A stretch of 32,000 nucleotides of DNA from Candidatus Saccharimonadota bacterium (GTDB lineage Bacteria > Patescibacteriota > Gracilibacteria > BD1-5 > UBA6164): contig CP042461.1 in assembly GCA_004563595.2 (NCBI GenBank), positions 870,001 through 902,000 on the forward strand. The letters run 5' to 3'. This document shows positions 27,624 to 32,000 of this stretch, in pieces. The position numbers were made by a program, and so were the translations under genes. The notes under the pieces are model-generated. The model did no database searches. It had not been told where the DNA came from and worked only from the letters and a program-made list of their open reading frames with translations. How positions within the stretch are numbered: the stretch's first letter is position 1; the number at the start of each line of letters is the position of its first letter.

Positions 27624-29310
27624 TATGAAAAATATTATAGTTTTTTTAGCTCTTTTTTTAGTCAATATTCCTTCCTCTTTTGCTTTAAATCCGGCAGACT
27701 ATCTCAATCCAATACCAAAAGAATTCAAATCTTGATGTTATGAATTCTATACAAAAATACCAAGATCAAGTTTTGAGAAATACAAAACCTATACTCTCAA
27801 AACTAATAAACCAAATATTGTAATAACACAATTTGGTTTTATTTTGCCCTATAAAAGCTTCTGAACTGAAAAAAAATACTATAATTATTTAACAGACCTC
27901 ACAGATAATACAGAAAGCCTTGTTGATGATAACCGTAATACCACTATTCATTATGATGTAGAAAACAAGTCTAACATTATACTCATAGAACTTGAACAAG
28001 AGCTTCAAGCTGGGAGTTTCAAATTCCACTTCGATTATTTATCAAAATTATTTTTTACCAGTTACTGAATATCGTCTGACTGAATAAACTATTCAACTGT
28101 ATCAAAAAGTGACCTCAGTGACTTTTCATTTAAATATTTAAAAATAGATTTTTGACATAAAAATGATGAGAATATAAGAGAGCTTATATCTATTTCTGAA
28201 TTAAACTTTGAAATACTGAATAACACGTATCTCATTAAACCTTTTTATAATGATGATATAGAAATATATTCAAAAAATAACTGTAACAATAACGTTTCTA
28301 CAAAAGCAAAACAATATGATGATTTTCCTATCAGTAATGATACACCTCTCCTGGAAGTCATGTTAGAAAAAAATCCAAAATATAACGTATATTTAAAAAG
28401 TGACATCGATAATGATTGGGTAGAAGATATGATAGATAATTGTAAAACAAGATATAATCCAAATCAACTTGATACAAACTCTAACTGAATATGAGATACA
28501 TGTGATGATGATGATAAAGACTGACTTATATGATACTATGATAACTGTCCATATATAAATAATAGAGATCAAACAGATGTAAATAGAAACTGAGTTTGAG
28601 ATATCTGTGAATTTGATAAAGATAAGGATTGAATATTTGATAGCTTAGATATATGTATAAATATAGCCAACCCAGATCAAGAAGATCAAGATAAGGATGG
28701 GATTTGAAATGAATGTGATAACTGTAAATATTATAATCCGAGCCAAAGAGACGTGGATGAAAACTGAATTTGAGATATATGTGACACAAAGAGAAAGGAA
28801 CTCTCAAAAAATGACAATGACTTGGACTGAATTCATAATAATAAAGATAATTGTAAAGATATAGCAAATCCAGACCAAATAGATAATGATCTCGATTGAA
28901 TCTGAAACTCATGTGATAACTGTCAAAATATTCAAAACAAGTATCAACTTGATCTGAATAAAAACTGAACCTGAGATATGTGTGAAGATAGCGATTGAGA
29001 CTCAATCATATGATACAAAGATAATTGTATCAACTCAAAAAATAAAGATCAACTTGATAGTGATAATAATTGAGTCTGAAATGTGTGTGAAGATACCGAT
29101 TATGATAAAATATTATTTATAAATGATAACTGTCCCTATGATTATAACCCAGAGCAAAAAGATATAGACAAGGATAGTATCTGAGATATATGTGATGAAA
29201 AAGATGACAGATTCATAGAATCGAATAAATGATTTTTTATATGACTCCTCATATTTATAACTTTTATATTCTCCTATGGAATATATGCAATGATAAGAAA
29301 ACTAAAATAA
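27624..29310 (+). CDS. Thrombospondin type-3 repeat (calcium-binding) surface protein with a C-terminal TM anchor, about 561 aa; the signal peptide is out of frame at a T8 tract
   Basis: The frame is open from 27649 to TAA 29308-29310. About ten repeats of DNC..i.NpdQ.D.d.nGiGd.CD occur between 28440 and 29210. The ATG at 27624 gives MKNIIVFLALF, and the rest of the signal peptide (LVNIPSSFA-LNP) is reached only if T8 (27652-27659) is read as T7. Confidence 0.85.
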
Positions 29311-29331
29311 CTTTACTACTAACTCTAAAGA

Positions 29332-32000
29332 ATGTTTAAACTACTCAATCGTTTTGCCTGGATACTCTCAATACTTTCATGATTTGTTATACTCTTCCTG
29401 TTTTGAATTGCCATTGATGAAATGGATGGAGGTTATAGTAGTTTTTTGGATGATGATTTCTTTTTTATATGGTTCCTTTGAAGTCTCTTTATCTGAAGTA
29501 TTTTTAAAAAAATATTTCTTTCTCAAAAATTTATAGAAGAAAGAGTGAGTTTTTTTGCTGATGCATTAAATATAAAAAAATCTAAAAAGGACAAAAAAGA
29601 TATCCCCGAAACTATTGATATTCCAGAATCAGTAGCATTAGAGAATATAAGTAATATAAAAACAGAAAAAATAAATGAGGTTCAACAGGTTGAATATTCA
29701 GAACCTACTTTTGAAAAAGAACAGTCAAAAGTAGAAAATTATATTAAAAAATTCTTTAGTGAAAATATCCTTGCAAAAATAGGGGCTATTCTCGTATTTT
29801 TTTCTGTTGTATTTTTACTGAGCTTAGTGTGGAGTCAGTTTAATGCTGTTTGAAAAATTATCATCTGATTCATTATTTGATTTTGAATATTTTGAGCATG
29901 AATTATATTAGATAAAAGATGATTTACTTGAGAATCAAGAGTACTATTATGAACATGAGTACTTATAAATTACCTTGTTATTCTTGCCTGAAAATATTTG
30001 ATAGGAGATAATTATTGACCTCAAACTGAATGAATATTATCAACTTGAATTACGTTCTTATTTCTCATACTTAATACGGTATTTTGAGTTGTTACTTCCC
30101 TTCTCTATAAATCAAGAACCATATTGTTATTCTCATTTATTTTTGCTTATATCAACCCTCTTATTATCTGATGAAGCTCAGAAACTCCGTATACTCTTTT
30201 ATGATACTCAATGATTGTATCACTTTGAGCATTATTTATAGGAATCAAACAAAATGATATTATACTCAAATACTCTGCGTTTATATTATGAAACTTATTA
30301 TTTTTAATCGCTCCATTTGGTTGAGAAATAGAATGGATTACAAAGCTTCTTTCTAGTGGTTTTTTATGATTCATAAGCATAATTTCTCTTTATAAAAAGA
30401 ACCCTGAAACTATTGTAAGTATTTTTGTACTTAATTATATATTCATAATATTACTTCTTATTTCTGGCTCTGATATATCTATATTATGAGGGAGTATGAG
30501 CTTTATAAGTTATATGACATCAATACTTCTCTTCTTTTGAATATGAGTATGGTTATTCACCCTTCAAGCTATCAAGTCTATTACTCCTCTTTTATTATTT
30601 CCTATACTGATAGTAATTTGACTTATTTTCTCAGGAAGTGTATTTTTCATAGCTCCTGCTATTGCGATTCTTGTTCTAACGTATCTGATATGATTTCAAT
30701 TTCTGGAATCTTTCCTTACTCCAGTTTTTAAATATTTCTTCTTCTGAATTCTTGGTTGATTTATTTTACTCTCAAACTCATATCTCTCATTTCATTTAGT
30801 AGATATAAGTTTCTCAAGTTTTATCACTGTTGTAATAGTATCATTTGTATTTATGTTTACATCATATTATTTATCAAGAAAAGAAAAATTAGAGTTCTTA
30901 TATAGTATCTGAACCTTATGATGAATATTAACTCTCGCTCCTCTTTTAGTAGTATGAACTCATGATAATACTCTTTCTCAAGGCTTTGAAACACTTTCTA
31001 TTCTTTCTGTTCTCATATTTGCAATAGCAAACCTCGCTCTTCCTTTTGTAAATAAAACTCTTATAGAAAAAACAAGTAATGTAAAAAACCTTGTTACATG
31101 AAGTATCTTTGGGGTACTCTTTATATGATTTGAGTTATTTCGTTACTGAAATGAATACTTCCCTGGTATCAGCCTCTGATTTGCTTTTGCATGATTAGCA
31201 ATTCTATATTTTATTCTCAGTTATCTTATCCTAACTCAGCTTGGAATACAAAATATCAAAAAAGAATGAGCTTCAAAAAATACAGTTCTTTCATATCTAT
31301 TTATTTCAATCTCTCTCTTCTCTCTTGCTGTTTCACTTGTATTCTCATGACACGCTGAAATTATCTCAACAGTTTGGTTATTTGAAGCAACAATTCTCTT
31401 TTACTTCTATTCCAAAACAAAAGAAATAAAAATCTTTTCAGTTTGAATTATACTTTTTATGATTTGAATTATTAAGCTATTTGAGCTTCAAAATATTGTA
31501 CAAAAATGAGATTTTATATTCTTGATTCCATTTACCATTATATTCAGCTCACTTGTATGGAATATTAAATTCCTAGACTTTGTAAAAGACGGGGCACAAA
31601 GATATATTCATGATATCTTTCATATACTTTGAATCTGAGTATTATGAGCATTATTGTTAGAGATTATTCCAAGTACATGACATGGTTGGAGCATTCTAGG
31701 CATCAGTTCATTCTTACTCATCATTTGAACTGTCTATGCGTATTTCAGTTCAAAGCTTTTAAAAATATTTTTCATAGTAGCAATATCATTATTCACATTT
31801 GGACACTTTGAAGATTCTTCTCGTATTATGAATAACATTGATCGTGATGAGATCTGATATTTAAGAATATTACAATATATCTCAACAATACTAATAGCAT
31901 CTATAATTTATATTTGGCATAAATTTAATACTGAAAAACTTCTTGCAAATATATTAAAAATATTTATATCACTCTATATATTGGCTATTGTTTCATTCTA
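29332..32000 (+). CDS. Large polytopic membrane protein, DUF2339-like, more than 889 aa, 3-prime partial (runs off the window)
   Basis: ATG 29332, with no TAA or TAG in frame through 32000 (checked codon by codon). A hydrophilic linker containing track ORF 29545-29853 is followed by more than 20 hydrophobic helices. Alternative start: GTG at 29545. Confidence 0.75.

Noticed and set aside
28526-29005. A 159-aa minus-strand ORF (MSLNRYLHTYLRFSFYSDQ...), the longest apparent ORF in this region.
   Set aside because: It is antisense to the thrombospondin-repeat gene. Its Tyr/Leu/His/Ser-rich low-complexity sequence is what the reverse complement of GAT/AAT/TGT/TGA-rich repeats produces. It is open only because the sense strand avoids the complements of stop codons.
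28440-29215. Regular DNA periodicity of roughly 70-110 nt, with recurring gataactgt / tgagat...tgtga strings, could be mistaken for a CRISPR-like or satellite repeat array.
   Set aside because: The repeats are imperfect at the DNA level, have no unique spacers of fixed length, and translate in one continuous frame into TSP3 calcium-binding motifs. They are coding tandem repeats.
29332-29547. A possible separate small two-TM protein gene (MFKLLNRFAWILSILS...) ending at the TAG at 29534-29536, upstream of the GTG-initiated ORF 29545-29853.
   Set aside because: The TAG is out of frame relative to the ATG at 29332. Under table 25 the ATG frame runs without a stop into the GTG ORF and on to the window end. 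I therefore annotate one gene and flag the GTG at 29545 as an alternative start.

Overview
This is an AT-rich bacterial window in which UGA is read as glycine (NCBI translation table 25), not as stop. That explains why the standard-code ORF track is broken into short pieces. In-frame TGA falls on invariant glycines: RpoB SALGPG-TGA-LTRE, RpoC RM-TGA-HIDL, GatB CM-TGA-FPG, the Walker-A glycines of an ATPase, and the DxDxDGxGDxCD glycines of thrombospondin type-3 repeats. Conserved Trp is still TGG, and genes end in TAA or TAG. Table 25 is known only from Candidatus Gracilibacteria (BD1-5) and Absconditabacteria (SR1) in the Candidate Phyla Radiation, so the window most likely comes from one of these.

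Re-translating by hand gives 23 tightly packed genes:
- Housekeeping: argS, gatB, hpf, hemW, a HIT protein, rpoB-rpoC, mltG and a SanA-like protein.
- Surface or secreted: a type IV pilin, a 750-aa polytopic membrane protein, a solute-binding protein, a DKNYY lipoprotein, a C39-like peptidase, a thrombospondin type-3 repeat protein and a DUF2339-like membrane protein.

I found no rRNA, tRNA, CRISPR array or transposase.

The most notable observations beyond the recoding are:
1. Three GC-enriched palindromic elements. One sits in frame inside hemW, a related one sits in the rpoB-rpoC spacer, and a third looks like a MITE with terminal inverted repeats and flanking direct repeats.
2. Two surface-protein genes whose signal-peptide regions are knocked out of frame by A7 and T8 homopolymer tracts, which may be phase variation.
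3. Almost no Shine-Dalgarno sequences.

All coordinates and translations were derived by eye, and no database search was possible.
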